A stretch of 56,072 bases of DNA from Patescibacteria group bacterium UBA3466 (GCA_002378195.1 DFRJ01000003.1:98879-154950), one strand, 5' to 3'; shown: positions 1 to 9,484, counted from the stretch's first letter. Notes: a model not told the origin generated them from the letters alone. Numbers and translations are program-made.

Positions 1-99
1 TCGCTACAGCCTATTTCTCCCCTAGATCAGGGGTCGAAATAGGCTAAGAACCTGCATAAATTCAGCATAGTCATGCCCTTGACACTCGTTTCTTCATTT

Positions 100-486
100 A
101 TGTTCGACTTTCATCAAAAGCGAAAACTGAGAAGTGTAATTAATTCGCGCTGGACCCAAGCGTTTATTTTGCTCTTGGCTGGAATGGTGGGTTGGAGTGC
201 ATTTGTGCGGTATGAAATTGCCATGGAAATGAAAGAACGTCGTTTGGTGGAAGAGCAGCAGGCTGCTGTCTTAGAAGAGAGAAAAAACGCTCTGGCTGAG
301 GAGGTGCGATATTTGTCGAGCGAGCGGGGGATTGAGGCGGAGATGAGACGGCAGTTTGATGTAGCTTTGCCCGGGGAACAGGTGGTTGTTATCGTGGAGG
401 ATGAAGATGATCGGCCTGAAATATTACCGCTGTCAGGGAGTAATAATAGTAGTAGTACGAAGAAGTGGTACCAGTTTTGGCGCTAA
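100..486 (+). CDS. Septum formation initiator (FtsB/DivIC family)
   Basis: One TM helix, coiled coil and an E..R.QFDVALPGEQVVVIV motif typical of FtsB/DivIC; ATG at 100 preferred over 73. Confidence 0.75.
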   Translation: MFDFHQKRKLRSVINSRWTQAFILLLAGMVGWSAFVRYEIAMEMKERRLVEEQQAAVLEERKNALAEEVRYLSSERGIEAEMRRQFDVALPGEQVVVIVEDEDDRPEILPLSGSNNSSSTKKWYQFWR

Positions 487-651
487 GTGCTATACTTTAT
501 TTAAAAGTAGCGAATCTGCACTAGTTTCGTATTTTGTCTTGTTCACCGTATCTCGTATACGTCTCAGTTGCCAAAATACTCCAACTAGCACACCTTCATC
601 TACTTTGAAACAAAGTACCAAACCTGTTAGAGTAACTAAAATTTTTACATT

Positions 652-897
652 ATGGAAAACGAATCTCAAGTAACTATCTACAGCACACCAGTTTGTCATT
701 ACTGCCAAGCAGCCAAAGAGTTCTTTGGTGAAAATAGCGTAGAGTACACCGAACACGATGTGGCTGCTGATGCTGAAAAGCGACAAGAAATGATTGATAT
801 GACAGGTCAAATGGGAGTGCCAGTGATCCGGATTGGCGATGATGTTATCATTGGCTTTGATGAAGGAAAGGTGAAAGAACTCCTTAAGCTTGGCTAA
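652..897 (+). CDS. Glutaredoxin-like protein (NrdH/YruB type)
   Basis: 81 aa, CHYC active site, GVPVI..G and GFD motifs. Confidence 0.9.
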   Translation: MENESQVTIYSTPVCHYCQAAKEFFGENSVEYTEHDVAADAEKRQEMIDMTGQMGVPVIRIGDDVIIGFDEGKVKELLKLG

Positions 898-936
898 GTG
901 CCAATCTACTTCGTAAAAAGAAGTTACGTCTTGAAT

Positions 937-975
937 AAAAAGGCCGACAAAACCGAAGGTTTTGTCGGCCTTTTT
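937..975. terminator. Intrinsic terminator-like hairpin
   Basis: AAAAAGGCCGACAAAACC-GAA-GGTTTTGTCGGCCTTTTT downstream of the glutaredoxin gene. Confidence 0.75.
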
Positions 976-1030
976 GATGCTAGATTCAACAAAATAATTA
1001 TTTTTGCTTTGTTATAATGTTTGTATATTT

Positions 1031-3349
1031 ATGGATGAGTCTGAACAGGCAAGAGAATATAGTAGCTACGCCTTTAAGGTACTTTTCGGTATCGGATTGT
1101 TGGTTGCTGCTATTGTCTTCACTCCTTTGGGCGGCGTCTTCGACGCCGCCCGCGCCAGTATTATTACTTCGGTCGGTACTTACATCAAGGCTAATCCCTA
1201 TGACACCAACCTAGAAGACAATCTCATATTTCACCTCACCTTCGATGGTGGTGACACCGATCTTTCTAATTCGAGTGCGGAATTCACCGATCGTGGTCCT
1301 AATGGTCAAGATGCTGATTGGGTCAATTACACCAGCGACCAGCTGGTAGCTGGACCACTAGGACAAGGGGTGTCTTTCGATGGAATAGATGATTATGTCA
1401 ATGCCGGTTCGGATTCTTCGATAGATGGTGCTTTTACTAATAACGACGACCAGGCTACGGTAGCGCTCTGGGTATATGTCGACGATGACGATGGTGATAT
1501 CGAGACTGATCAGTATATCGTTAATAAAAAGTCATCAGGTGGTTGGCGGGTGTATATGAACGACTCTAACGATCGTCTCACTTTTCATATTGACACTTAT
1601 GGACAAGACGGCATATGGTCAATCGCTGTGCCATTTCAGGAGTGGTTCCATGTGTCTATAGCTTATGACTCATCAAGCTCGTTAAATAGTCCCGATTTCT
1701 ACCTCAACGGAGTTTTACAAGAAGAGGCTCTAAATAATCTCAGGTCAAGTAGCCCGTTCCCAGATAGTGCTGGGAGTCTACAGCTTGGGAAAGACGCCAA
1801 TTCTGCCTCGTTGTATTTTAAGGGAGCTGTCGATGATCTGCGTATCTACGACAACTACTTCACGGCCAACGACGCCGCTCTCCTTTACGACTCAGTTTCA
1901 CCTTCAGTCATCTCTACCACTCCCGAGCCAGACTCCACCCTTTCTAACGGCCTCGTCGGCCACTGGACGTTTGATGGACCAACCATGGATTACTCAGATT
2001 CAACAGATGTGGTTATTGAAGACGTGTCGGGTAATGGTAATCAAGCTTCCTCTAGTATTACCACCATTGTTAAATCGGGGATCCTTGGTCAAGCTCTAAA
2101 TTTTGAAGAAGACTACCCTTCAGAAAGAAAAGTGCGAATAGAACCTAGTCCAACAATTGATAATTTATCGCAAATTTCGATGTCGATGTGGGTGAAACCA
2201 GATAGAGATAATTATGGTGATTGGAATATTTTAGCGGCCAAGGGTAATAATACGCCATCTGGATACACAGATGGTTGGAAATTTCAGTTAGATGGCGCTG
2301 CCGCTGGACGACCAACTTTTTCCGTTGATTACGACACATCAAATATTTCGAAGTCATCTGATGAAACAATCGAAAATCGCCAAGGAGAATGGATTCATTT
2401 AGCTTTTACTTGGGACGGTTCCGATTTGGCTAGTGGAATTAATATTTATGTTGATGGGATTTTAACTGGAGTCCAGTCGGACAATGATGCTTCCGGCTCA
2501 AGAAATACCGAATCTACTTCGCAAGGATTGCGTCTTGGTACCCGAACTTGGGTAAATGTAAATACTGACAATGCTTGGTCGGGTGAAATGGACGATGTGC
2601 GACTATATAATCGCGAGCTAACGGCTGATGAAGTTACTCAACTCTATAATCTGGGTGAACCAGAAGTAGTTGCCACTACCATCACCTCAGGCACTTTAGA
2701 GAACGGCCTCGTCGGCCACTGGACGTTTGATGGGAATAATGTTGCTTGGGATGACACTTCATCAGAGATTAAAAATATTGGATCTGATGGAGATCAGGGG
2801 AATGCTATAAGTTTTGGAAATGAATCTGTACGGATTGGAAAGATAGGACAAGCTATAGAATTAGACGGAACTGCAGATTATATCGACGCTGGCCCCGTCA
2901 TAGATTCAGATAGCTGGTCCGAGTTCACGCTTTCTGGGTGGGTGTATTTAAATAGTAAGTATGATGATCAAGACATCATTTCACAGGCAATTACTGCCGG
3001 CTCTAATGAAACAGCGATTCGCTACGATGTTGGAGAAGATCTATGGTTTTTCAGTGTCCATGATGGGAGTTATAAATATGCTAAGTATAGTCAGTCATCA
3101 GCGCAAACGGAAGTCTGGACGCATGTGGTTGGTGTATATGATGGGAGTGAAATTAGGGTATATGTAAATGGTGTGGAGGGTTCTACAGCTGCAAGTGTCG
3201 GTACTATCAGTGCCAATACCGGAGATACCTCAATTGGAAAACTTACTAGTTGGACAAGGTATGTAGACGGTATGCTAGATGACGTTCGCGTATACAATCG
3301 TGCATTGTCTGAAGCTGAAATACAACGTCTTTACGAACTCGGCAATTGA
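1031..3349 (+). CDS. Membrane-anchored surface protein with three LamG-like jellyroll domains
   Basis: N-terminal TM helix; three repeats of HWTFDG...GQA..FDG..DY...W.H...Y.NG...G..DD.R.YN. Confidence 0.85.
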   Translation: MDESEQAREYSSYAFKVLFGIGLLVAAIVFTPLGGVFDAARASIITSVGTYIKANPYDTNLEDNLIFHLTFDGGDTDLSNSSAEFTDRGPNGQDADWVNYTSDQLVAGPLGQGVSFDGIDDYVNAGSDSSIDGAFTNNDDQATVALWVYVDDDDGDIETDQYIVNKKSSGGWRVYMNDSNDRLTFHIDTYGQDGIWSIAVPFQEWFHVSIAYDSSSSLNSPDFYLNGVLQEEALNNLRSSSPFPDSAGSLQLGKDANSASLYFKGAVDDLRIYDNYFTANDAALLYDSVSPSVISTTPEPDSTLSNGLVGHWTFDGPTMDYSDSTDVVIEDVSGNGNQASSSITTIVKSGILGQALNFEEDYPSERKVRIEPSPTIDNLSQISMSMWVKPDRDNYGDWNILAAKGNNTPSGYTDGWKFQLDGAAAGRPTFSVDYDTSNISKSSDETIENRQGEWIHLAFTWDGSDLASGINIYVDGILTGVQSDNDASGSRNTESTSQGLRLGTRTWVNVNTDNAWSGEMDDVRLYNRELTADEVTQLYNLGEPEVVATTITSGTLENGLVGHWTFDGNNVAWDDTSSEIKNIGSDGDQGNAISFGNESVRIGKIGQAIELDGTADYIDAGPVIDSDSWSEFTLSGWVYLNSKYDDQDIISQAITAGSNETAIRYDVGEDLWFFSVHDGSYKYAKYSQSSAQTEVWTHVVGVYDGSEIRVYVNGVEGSTAASVGTISANTGDTSIGKLTSWTRYVDGMLDDVRVYNRALSEAEIQRLYELGN

Positions 3350-4008
3350 TCTGCTTTCGGTGATTTGTAGATCTTATATACACCAACACCGATATTAATG
3401 AGAGCGATTGCAAATAAGCCCCGGAAACCTTCTTCGTTTTCCATTGATCCAAAATCTACAAAAAATGGAATGATTAAAGCGTAGGGAATAAGCGCCAGGC
3501 AAGCATAGCTTTTGATCTTAAATGATGACCATAATACTTCGCCTGGTTTGTGTCCCTCTGTGATGTGCGACACTTCAGTATTAGCGCGGAAGGCTGGGAA
3601 CCAAGTGACTTCAGCGTTTTCCTCGATCTTGCTCTCACTTTCTTTGACTTTAAGATGTGATGTAAGAAATTTGGCAAAGACAACATTAAATACTCCGGCT
3701 AGTAACCAACCAATATAGATGGTGAAAATAATCGAGAGGAATTTGAATGGTCCGCCAGTCTGGGCCAGAATGGTAGAAATAAGCACAAAGCTGGTACCAG
3801 GGATCACGCTCCCAATGACATACATGCCTTCAAAGAAGATGGCGATGAATACAGCTAAGTATAAGATGTTTCCAGTCGAAGAGTTGATAAACGCTACGAG
3901 ATTTTCGACTCCCGGCAAGTTGTATCCTGTGAGTGCCAGAAAGGCATAGGTGGCTAAAGCTATCCCTGCTACTATCCAGACAATACCGCTGTATATTTTG
4001 CTCTTCAT
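3331..4008 (-). CDS. Membrane protein, DedA-like
   Basis: Several TM helices with an FFEG...G..IPG motif. Confidence 0.6.
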   Translation of the reverse strand: MKSKIYSGIVWIVAGIALATYAFLALTGYNLPGVENLVAFINSSTGNILYLAVFIAIFFEGMYVIGSVIPGTSFVLISTILAQTGGPFKFLSIIFTIYIGWLLAGVFNVVFAKFLTSHLKVKESESKIEENAEVTWFPAFRANTEVSHITEGHKPGEVLWSSFKIKSYACLALIPYALIIPFFVDFGSMENEEGFRGLFAIALINIGVGVYKIYKSPKADQLPSS

Positions 4009-4009
4009 G

Positions 4010-4081
4010 TGTCCTTAGTAGGAATCGAACCTACAACTAGTCCTTAGGAGGGACTCGTTATATCCATTTAACTATAAGGAC
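4010..4081 (-). tRNA. tRNA-Arg(CCT)
   Basis: Cloverleaf with acceptor GTCCTTA/TAAGGAC, anticodon arm AGTCC-CTCCTAA-GGACT and T loop GGTTCGATTCC. Confidence 0.93.
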
Positions 4082-4227
4082 AAAATATGATTATTCCTCT
4101 GCCTCAGGTTCGATTCTGTTTATGTCGAATCGATCCTTACAGGATCAGTACAGGTTGTCACTATTTTATTTCCTTACGTCATAAAATACCAGGCAACCTC
4201 CTGAAATAATCTCCCAGATTATTTCAG

Positions 4228-4279
4228 CCTGCAACTAATCCTTAGGAGGGATTTGTTATATCCATTTAACTACGAGGAC
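4228..4279 (-). pseudogene. Truncated second tRNA-Arg(CCT) allele ending just before the T loop
   Basis: GTCCTCGTAGTTAAATGGATATAACAAATCCCTCCTAAGGATTAGTTGCAGG followed by an unrelated hairpin. Confidence 0.85.
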
Positions 4280-4414
4280 AAGTGAGAAACAAGGACAAGC
4301 TTGCTTGTACTTTAGTTTCGAATACCGTCCTAGAAAGCTTTGCTTACGAGGACAATACGTCATAGATTAGCATAAACAACGTTTTGATTACATTGACTTG
4401 GTATAATGTTGCTG

Positions 4415-4717
4415 ATGGATCCTCGAAAAGACGAACATCAGATTATTTACGATCTGTTAGAGCAGAACCGGGCACTACTTGAAGAGAACAATCGTCTCTT
4501 GAAGAAGTCTTTGCGGCGTTCAACCCTGAGCTTTATTCTTCGACTGCTATTACTGCTTTTGTTCTTGGGTGTGCCGTTTGCCTTGTATGTATATTTCATC
4601 GAGCCGTACTTCCATAGTGTTGGAGAGTCTTTTAGCTCATTAGACCAAAGCTTAAGCGTGATACCTGGATGGAGTCAGTTTGTTGATGCTATTACCTTAG
4701 GCAGGGCTGGAGAGTAG
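4415..4717 (+). CDS. Hypothetical single-pass membrane protein
   Basis: LLEENNRLLKK coiled segment then TM helix; TATAAT 7 nt before the ATG. Confidence 0.7.
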   Translation: MDPRKDEHQIIYDLLEQNRALLEENNRLLKKSLRRSTLSFILRLLLLLLFLGVPFALYVYFIEPYFHSVGESFSSLDQSLSVIPGWSQFVDAITLGRAGE

Positions 4718-4746
4718 TTGATTGAAATTAATTTAAAAATAGGTAC

Positions 4747-5018
4747 AATAGCTGTCACGTTCAAGCAGTATTGAACACGAGTTATTTCAGTTTTGCTCTG
4801 GCAATCCCGCATGAAGTTACGAGGCCTCCGGTTTGGAAAGTCTAAAATTCGGCAGGACACTCATACACCCTCGGGTATTGGGTACCTAAAGTCGCATGGT
4901 GACTTACCACTTAACCATACAGTGTAACTTCTCGGGGTTGTCAGGGCAGCCTAATTACAGAGAGAGAAATCTCTCGACATTCGGAACGAGAATTTATGGG
5001 CAAGCTCACAATTCTCTT
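4747..5018 (+). ncRNA. Unidentified structured RNA candidate upstream of tRNA-Phe
   Basis: 15-bp stem 4794-4808/4934-4948 with three G-U pairs that form only on the + strand, GAAGTTAC/GTAACTTC stem and flanking hairpins. Confidence 0.5.
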
Positions 5019-5025
5019 CCTGTTT

Positions 5026-5098
5026 GCTTGGGTAGCTCAGTTGGTAGAGCATTCGCCTGAAGAGCGAAGGGTCAGCAGTTCGAGCCTGCTCCCAAGCA
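5026..5098 (+). tRNA. tRNA-Phe(GAA)
   Basis: Acceptor GCTTGGG/CCCAAGC, anticodon arm TTCGC-CTGAAGA-GCGAA. Confidence 0.95.
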
Positions 5099-5287
5099 CA
5101 AAAGCGCGACCTAGATACGAAAGTATCTAGGTCGTTTGCTTTTGTAGCTTGGGAGCAGACTCGAAGCCGAGTCACGGCGTAGCCCGCAGGCGATAGCCGA
5201 GGACCGTGACGAGTGGAGGTTAATGGAATGAGATATTTTTGAGTTTACGAAGAAAATATCCATGAGAGTGACCGAGCCTGCTCCCAA
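5099..5287 (+). mobile_element. tRNA-linked structured mini-element (Phe copy)
   Basis: Hairpin, inverted tRNA 3' end (5147-5165), structured core ending TGACC, direct tRNA 3'-end copy (5273-5287). Confidence 0.65.
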
Positions 5288-5435
5288 ATAATTTTGTGAG
5301 AACACTTAGTAACCTGCGCCAAAGCAATGTCAGGACGAGCCTCAGCTCAAAGGCATTTTTACGACAGTGCCTCCCAAACAAGTGACATTACTAAAAACTC
5401 TGCTACTATGCCTGACAGAAGAGGAGGGGTGTTCT

Positions 5436-5615
5436 GTGCGAGAAATTTTTATGGTATACGACCGTACCGGGCGTAGACTGCCATTTTGCATTAGAGGTCA
5501 AATTGAACATAAAGATCCGGAGGTAATAAGGATATCTAATCAGCTACATCTGCAGCAGGTTTGGATACGGGGTAAATTTGATTCACTAACCATTAATTTC
5601 ATTAGAGTAAAGTAA
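5436..5615 (+). CDS. Small hypothetical protein
   Basis: GAGGAG SD before a GTG start; similar to the next ORF (DPEVIRISN). Confidence 0.55.
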   Translation: MREIFMVYDRTGRRLPFCIRGQIEHKDPEVIRISNQLHLQQVWIRGKFDSLTINFIRVK

Positions 5616-5632
5616 CTCAGGAGAAATAAAGT

Positions 5633-5857
5633 ATGACAGGAACTGGTGTGCGTGGTTGGCAGTATCGTGAGAATGTTAGAAACTTCAACGCTGATGGAAA
5701 AGAGATGCCGTTGGCGTCAGGTTTCTTTAGACAGTCTTCAGATCCGGTAATGCGAATCAGCAACAGAGGCCATTTTACTCGTTTGTATGATGTTGCATCT
5801 GGTGATGATGCGCAGGTGTCTTTTTCAACTTTTGTGGAAATAGACCTGATCGACTGA
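5633..5857 (+). CDS. Small hypothetical protein
   Basis: AGGAG SD; DPVMRISN motif shared with the upstream ORF; followed by a terminator. Confidence 0.6.
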   Translation: MTGTGVRGWQYRENVRNFNADGKEMPLASGFFRQSSDPVMRISNRGHFTRLYDVASGDDAQVSFSTFVEIDLID

Positions 5858-5872
5858 CTGTCCTTTGTTGCG

Positions 5873-5898
5873 AAAAGCGACCCTTTCGGGTCGCTTTT
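5873..5898. terminator. Bidirectional intrinsic terminator
   Basis: AAAAGCGACCC-TTTC-GGGTCGCTTTT between convergent genes. Confidence 0.8.
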
Positions 5899-6417
5899 TT
5901 ATTTATGTGCGTTGCTCCGTACTTTTAGTTGCGTACTGCGATGTTTATCTAGTTTCGGTAGTTTGATCTCAAGCAGGCCGTGTTTTTCTTGAGCTTCAGA
6001 TTCGTCGATGGCGACTTCCTCAGGTAGTAAGAGGGTGCGTGAGAAACTGCCCCAGAATAGTTCACGATGGAAGTAGTTGTCGTCGTGAGCTTCTTGATAC
6101 TCTTCACGCACACCACGGATGGTGACCATATCGCGTGTGATAGAAATTTCTAATTCTGCTGGACTGACTCCAGCTACCAAAGCTCGAATAACAATCTCAT
6201 CGTCGGTTTGGTACATGTCTACTGGCAGCTCACCTTCCTGCGGGCCTTCGTCACTGCTCATGTCTTCTTGAGACCAGTCTTCCTCTTCTTCCATGGTGTC
6301 TTCGGTCACCGCCAATTCATCTTCTTCCTCACCAAATTCATGATCCTCATCTAAGATGCGATCCATGTCATCGGTCTGACCCCCGGTTAGTCTTTCTAAA
6401 AATGATGGTTTTTTCAT
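5899..6417 (-). CDS. Hsp20/alpha-crystallin family protein with an acidic N-terminus
   Basis: PVDMYQT...G.F.R...LP...A....G.L.I.LPK. Confidence 0.9.
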   Translation of the reverse strand: MKKPSFLERLTGGQTDDMDRILDEDHEFGEEEDELAVTEDTMEEEEDWSQEDMSSDEGPQEGELPVDMYQTDDEIVIRALVAGVSPAELEISITRDMVTIRGVREEYQEAHDDNYFHRELFWGSFSRTLLLPEEVAIDESEAQEKHGLLEIKLPKLDKHRSTQLKVRSNAHK

Positions 6418-7118
6418 GATAATTGTTGTCGAAGATTATGCTTGTGCTCAAGCTGTTTTATTTTTTCAAATAATAGGAAGAGGATGATAATGCCCATCCA
6501 AACGAAGAGAAATACAATTAGGATTGTTCCTCCACTTGCATCCATTATAAAATCGTTGAATAAGTAGTGCAATACAATAGCCATGAACAACCCAGCCGTT
6601 CCGGCTAACATCTGAATGAATTTTGGGCGGAAATATGTCAGAGCCAAGAAGACTCCAACTGTACCAGAAGCTAAAACATGCAACAGTGTAGCCCCCAAGA
6701 AGCGGAAGCTGCCAGTGAGACCAGCGCCAATGTAGTCGCCAGTGGTAAGAGGATTAAAGATAAACAAGGCATTTTCAAGGGCGGCGAAGCCAAGTGCTAT
6801 CATTATCATATAAATCACCATGTCGATTGGTTCGTCTACCTCACGATTCCAAAAAATAATCACTAAAGCCGCTGCGTATTTGAGGACTTCTTCCAGAATT
6901 ACCCAAATAAGAATCAGAGCACTGCCACTATAAATATCGATAGCAATTTGTTGGAAAGGTAGAGTAAGGGGAACCACTGCCATTCCGGTAATGAAAGAGA
7001 TGGCGATTAGAAAGTATGGTTCTGGTTTGTGATTATCTTCACGTAACCAAAACCAAGCCCAAAATAGAGCTGGGATTAGTCCTGATAAAAAAGCAATCGC
7101 AAAGTGCGTCGATAGCAT
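6414..7118 (-). CDS. PrsW family intramembrane protease
   Basis: EE..K, GFA..EN and H motifs in a polytopic membrane protein. Confidence 0.88.
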   Translation of the reverse strand: MLSTHFAIAFLSGLIPALFWAWFWLREDNHKPEPYFLIAISFITGMAVVPLTLPFQQIAIDIYSGSALILIWVILEEVLKYAAALVIIFWNREVDEPIDMVIYMIMIALGFAALENALFIFNPLTTGDYIGAGLTGSFRFLGATLLHVLASGTVGVFLALTYFRPKFIQMLAGTAGLFMAIVLHYLFNDFIMDASGGTILIVFLFVWMGIIILFLLFEKIKQLEHKHNLRQQLS

Positions 7119-7209
7119 TGGTTTAATTGTATCAGAACAATTTTCAGGAATGGTTCGAAACTACCATTTTCGGCAGAGCTTACCTTGGTCTTGATAAGTC
7201 CAGTTAATT

Positions 7210-9426
7210 CTAGTGTACTGGCCACTTGGCTACCATCAAGATGTCTTGGTCTTTAATTTCATCCGGGGCATTTTGCCAGATGGTTTCCGTCACAAAAGGC
7301 ATAAACGGATGAAGTAGCTTGAGTGATGTTACTAGACATTCGCGTAGCACGTACTGGCGGGCGAGTTTAGCTTCGGCGTTATCGCCAGAAATTATCGGTT
7401 TTGATTCCTCGAGAATCTTGTCGGCGAGTTCGTGCCAGACGTAGTGGTAGGCTCTTTCTCCGGCGAGGTAGAGATTGAACTCTTCAATGTTTTTGGTTAC
7501 CTCGGTTACAGTTGCTTTTAGATCGTTTAAGATCTCTTGATCGCGTTCTGAATAGGTGGGTGCTGTATCCCAGTCTGCGTCAGCAATACTGGTGAGGACA
7601 AATCGACTGATGTTCCAGATCTTATTGGCAAACTTTTTATAACCGCGTACTTTGTCTTCTGAAAGTGGCATGTCGTTGCCGGGAGCGGCCCCAATAATAA
7701 GGGATAGGCGAGTGGCATCAGTACCAAACTTATCGATCATATCTAGTGGGTCAATAATGTTGCCAAGTGACTTACTCATTTTCTTGCCTTTCTGGTCGCG
7801 TACTAGTCCGTGCAGGTAAACGTTTTTGAAAGGTGCCTGACCGGTAAGATAGGTGCTCATGAGAATCATACGAGCTACCCAGAAGAAAAGAATGTCGTAA
7901 CCAGTCTCTAAAACAGAGGTCGGGTGGAACTTTTTGAGGTCTGGAGTTTGTTCAGGCCAGCCTAGGGTAGACATGGTCCATAGCCCAGAAGAGAACCAGG
8001 TGTCGAGCGTGTCTGGATCTTGTTCCCAGCCATCACCTGGAGAGTCTTTCTGTACTGTTACCTCGCCGTCCTTAAACCAAGCTGGGATACGGTGTCCGTA
8101 CCAGATTTGTCTAGAGATACACCAATCGTGTAGGTTGTTGATCCAGTTATAGTACACCCGTTCAAAGCGTTCGGGTAAGATCGAAATCCCTTCGTTTTCA
8201 ACAGCTTTTATCATCAGGCTTTTCAAGGTCATCGTGTCGCCTTCATTAATGCCAGGTATCTCTGAGTGACCCATTGAGAACTCCTTGTTTACGTTGATGA
8301 ACCACTGTTCTTTGATTTGTGGTTCGATGGTTCCACCACCGCGCGAGTTGGTCGCTACTTTATTGATATTTTTCTCATCAACTTTTTCTACTAGACCCTT
8401 CTCGGTCATCTTTTCTACGATGGCAGCTCGCGCCTTCTTTATATGCTGCCCAGCAAATTCGCCGGCAATCGGGAGTAGGATGCCACGTTCGTCGATGATT
8501 GGTTCACGATCGAGTCCGTGACGTTCTGCGATTTCAAAGTCGACCGTTGAGTGCCAAGGTGTGATAGTCATCACTCCAGAACCCATTTCCGGATCAGCTG
8601 CCTCGTCCTTGATGATGGTAGCGGTAATTGGTCCGTTGATCCATTCTACCTCGATTGTCTGGCCGTGTTCGTATTCCTTATACCGTTCATCGTCTGGGTG
8701 CATCACCACGTACTTGTCGCCAAACTTTGTTTCAGGTCGTACGGTACCGATAGTAAATGGTCCGTATTTGAAGTAGTAGAAAGGGGAGTTGGTTTCAACA
8801 TACTCGACTTCGTCGTCAGATACGGTAGTTTGCATCGCTGGATCCCAGTTCACACTGCGCGCGCCACGGTAAATAAGACCGTCGTTATACATTCGAATAA
8901 ACGCTTCCATAACAGCGTCGTAGCGCTTTTCGTCCATGGTAAAGGCGTAGCGTGACCAGTCTAGGCTAGAGCCCATTTTTTTGGTTTGGTTGATGATGGT
9001 GTTTTTACTATCTTCGACAAAATCATCAATGCGGGCCAGCAATTCTTCTCTTCCAATGTCATGTCTCCGTTTCTTTTCTTTTTTATAGATAATGCCTTCC
9101 ACTTTACTTTGAGTGGCGAGAGCGGCCGAGTCGGTGCCGGGAATCCAGAGAGTTTCGCGGCCAATCATGCGGTTGTACCGCACCAAGATATCTTCAACTG
9201 CCAACATAGCAGCGTGACCCATATGCAACACACCGGTGACGTTTGGAGGAGGGAGAACGATCGAGAATGGATCTTTTGATTCATCAACTACACCGGCTTT
9301 GACGCAGGTGTCAGGGTTGAAGAAGCCCGAATCGTTCCACATTTCGTAGAGAGAATCTTCGTGCTCTTTTGGTTCGTAGGGAGATAAAAAAATCTCCGGA
9401 ATGTTGGGTTGTTGTTTTTCCTCCAT
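7210..9426 (-). CDS. valS: Valine--tRNA ligase (short form lacking the C-terminal coiled coil)
   Basis: PPPNVTG.LHMGH, DWCISRQ and KMSKS motifs. Confidence 0.96.
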   Translation of the reverse strand: MEEKQQPNIPEIFLSPYEPKEHEDSLYEMWNDSGFFNPDTCVKAGVVDESKDPFSIVLPPPNVTGVLHMGHAAMLAVEDILVRYNRMIGRETLWIPGTDSAALATQSKVEGIIYKKEKKRRHDIGREELLARIDDFVEDSKNTIINQTKKMGSSLDWSRYAFTMDEKRYDAVMEAFIRMYNDGLIYRGARSVNWDPAMQTTVSDDEVEYVETNSPFYYFKYGPFTIGTVRPETKFGDKYVVMHPDDERYKEYEHGQTIEVEWINGPITATIIKDEAADPEMGSGVMTITPWHSTVDFEIAERHGLDREPIIDERGILLPIAGEFAGQHIKKARAAIVEKMTEKGLVEKVDEKNINKVATNSRGGGTIEPQIKEQWFINVNKEFSMGHSEIPGINEGDTMTLKSLMIKAVENEGISILPERFERVYYNWINNLHDWCISRQIWYGHRIPAWFKDGEVTVQKDSPGDGWEQDPDTLDTWFSSGLWTMSTLGWPEQTPDLKKFHPTSVLETGYDILFFWVARMILMSTYLTGQAPFKNVYLHGLVRDQKGKKMSKSLGNIIDPLDMIDKFGTDATRLSLIIGAAPGNDMPLSEDKVRGYKKFANKIWNISRFVLTSIADADWDTAPTYSERDQEILNDLKATVTEVTKNIEEFNLYLAGERAYHYVWHELADKILEESKPIISGDNAEAKLARQYVLRECLVTSLKLLHPFMPFVTETIWQNAPDEIKDQDILMVAKWPVH

Positions 9427-9484
9427 AGTTAAAATACAGCTCTATTACTAAGCGATACTAGCATGAATGTAGGGTTTAATGAAG

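Noticed and set aside
8-46. Hairpin at the window start sharing CCTATTTCTCCCC with 27769-27781
   Set aside because: Only a 13-bp match and the context is cut by the window edge; it may belong to the mini-element family but this cannot be supported.
4082-4227. tRNA intron in tRNA-Arg
   Set aside because: No 3' exon complementary to the GTCCTCG acceptor follows; an intact separate tRNA follows instead, and no group I core is evident.
4830-4850. RNase P RNA (GGAAAGTC motif)
   Set aside because: The flanking GAGGAAAGUCC context and the complementary 3' P4 motif are not visible.
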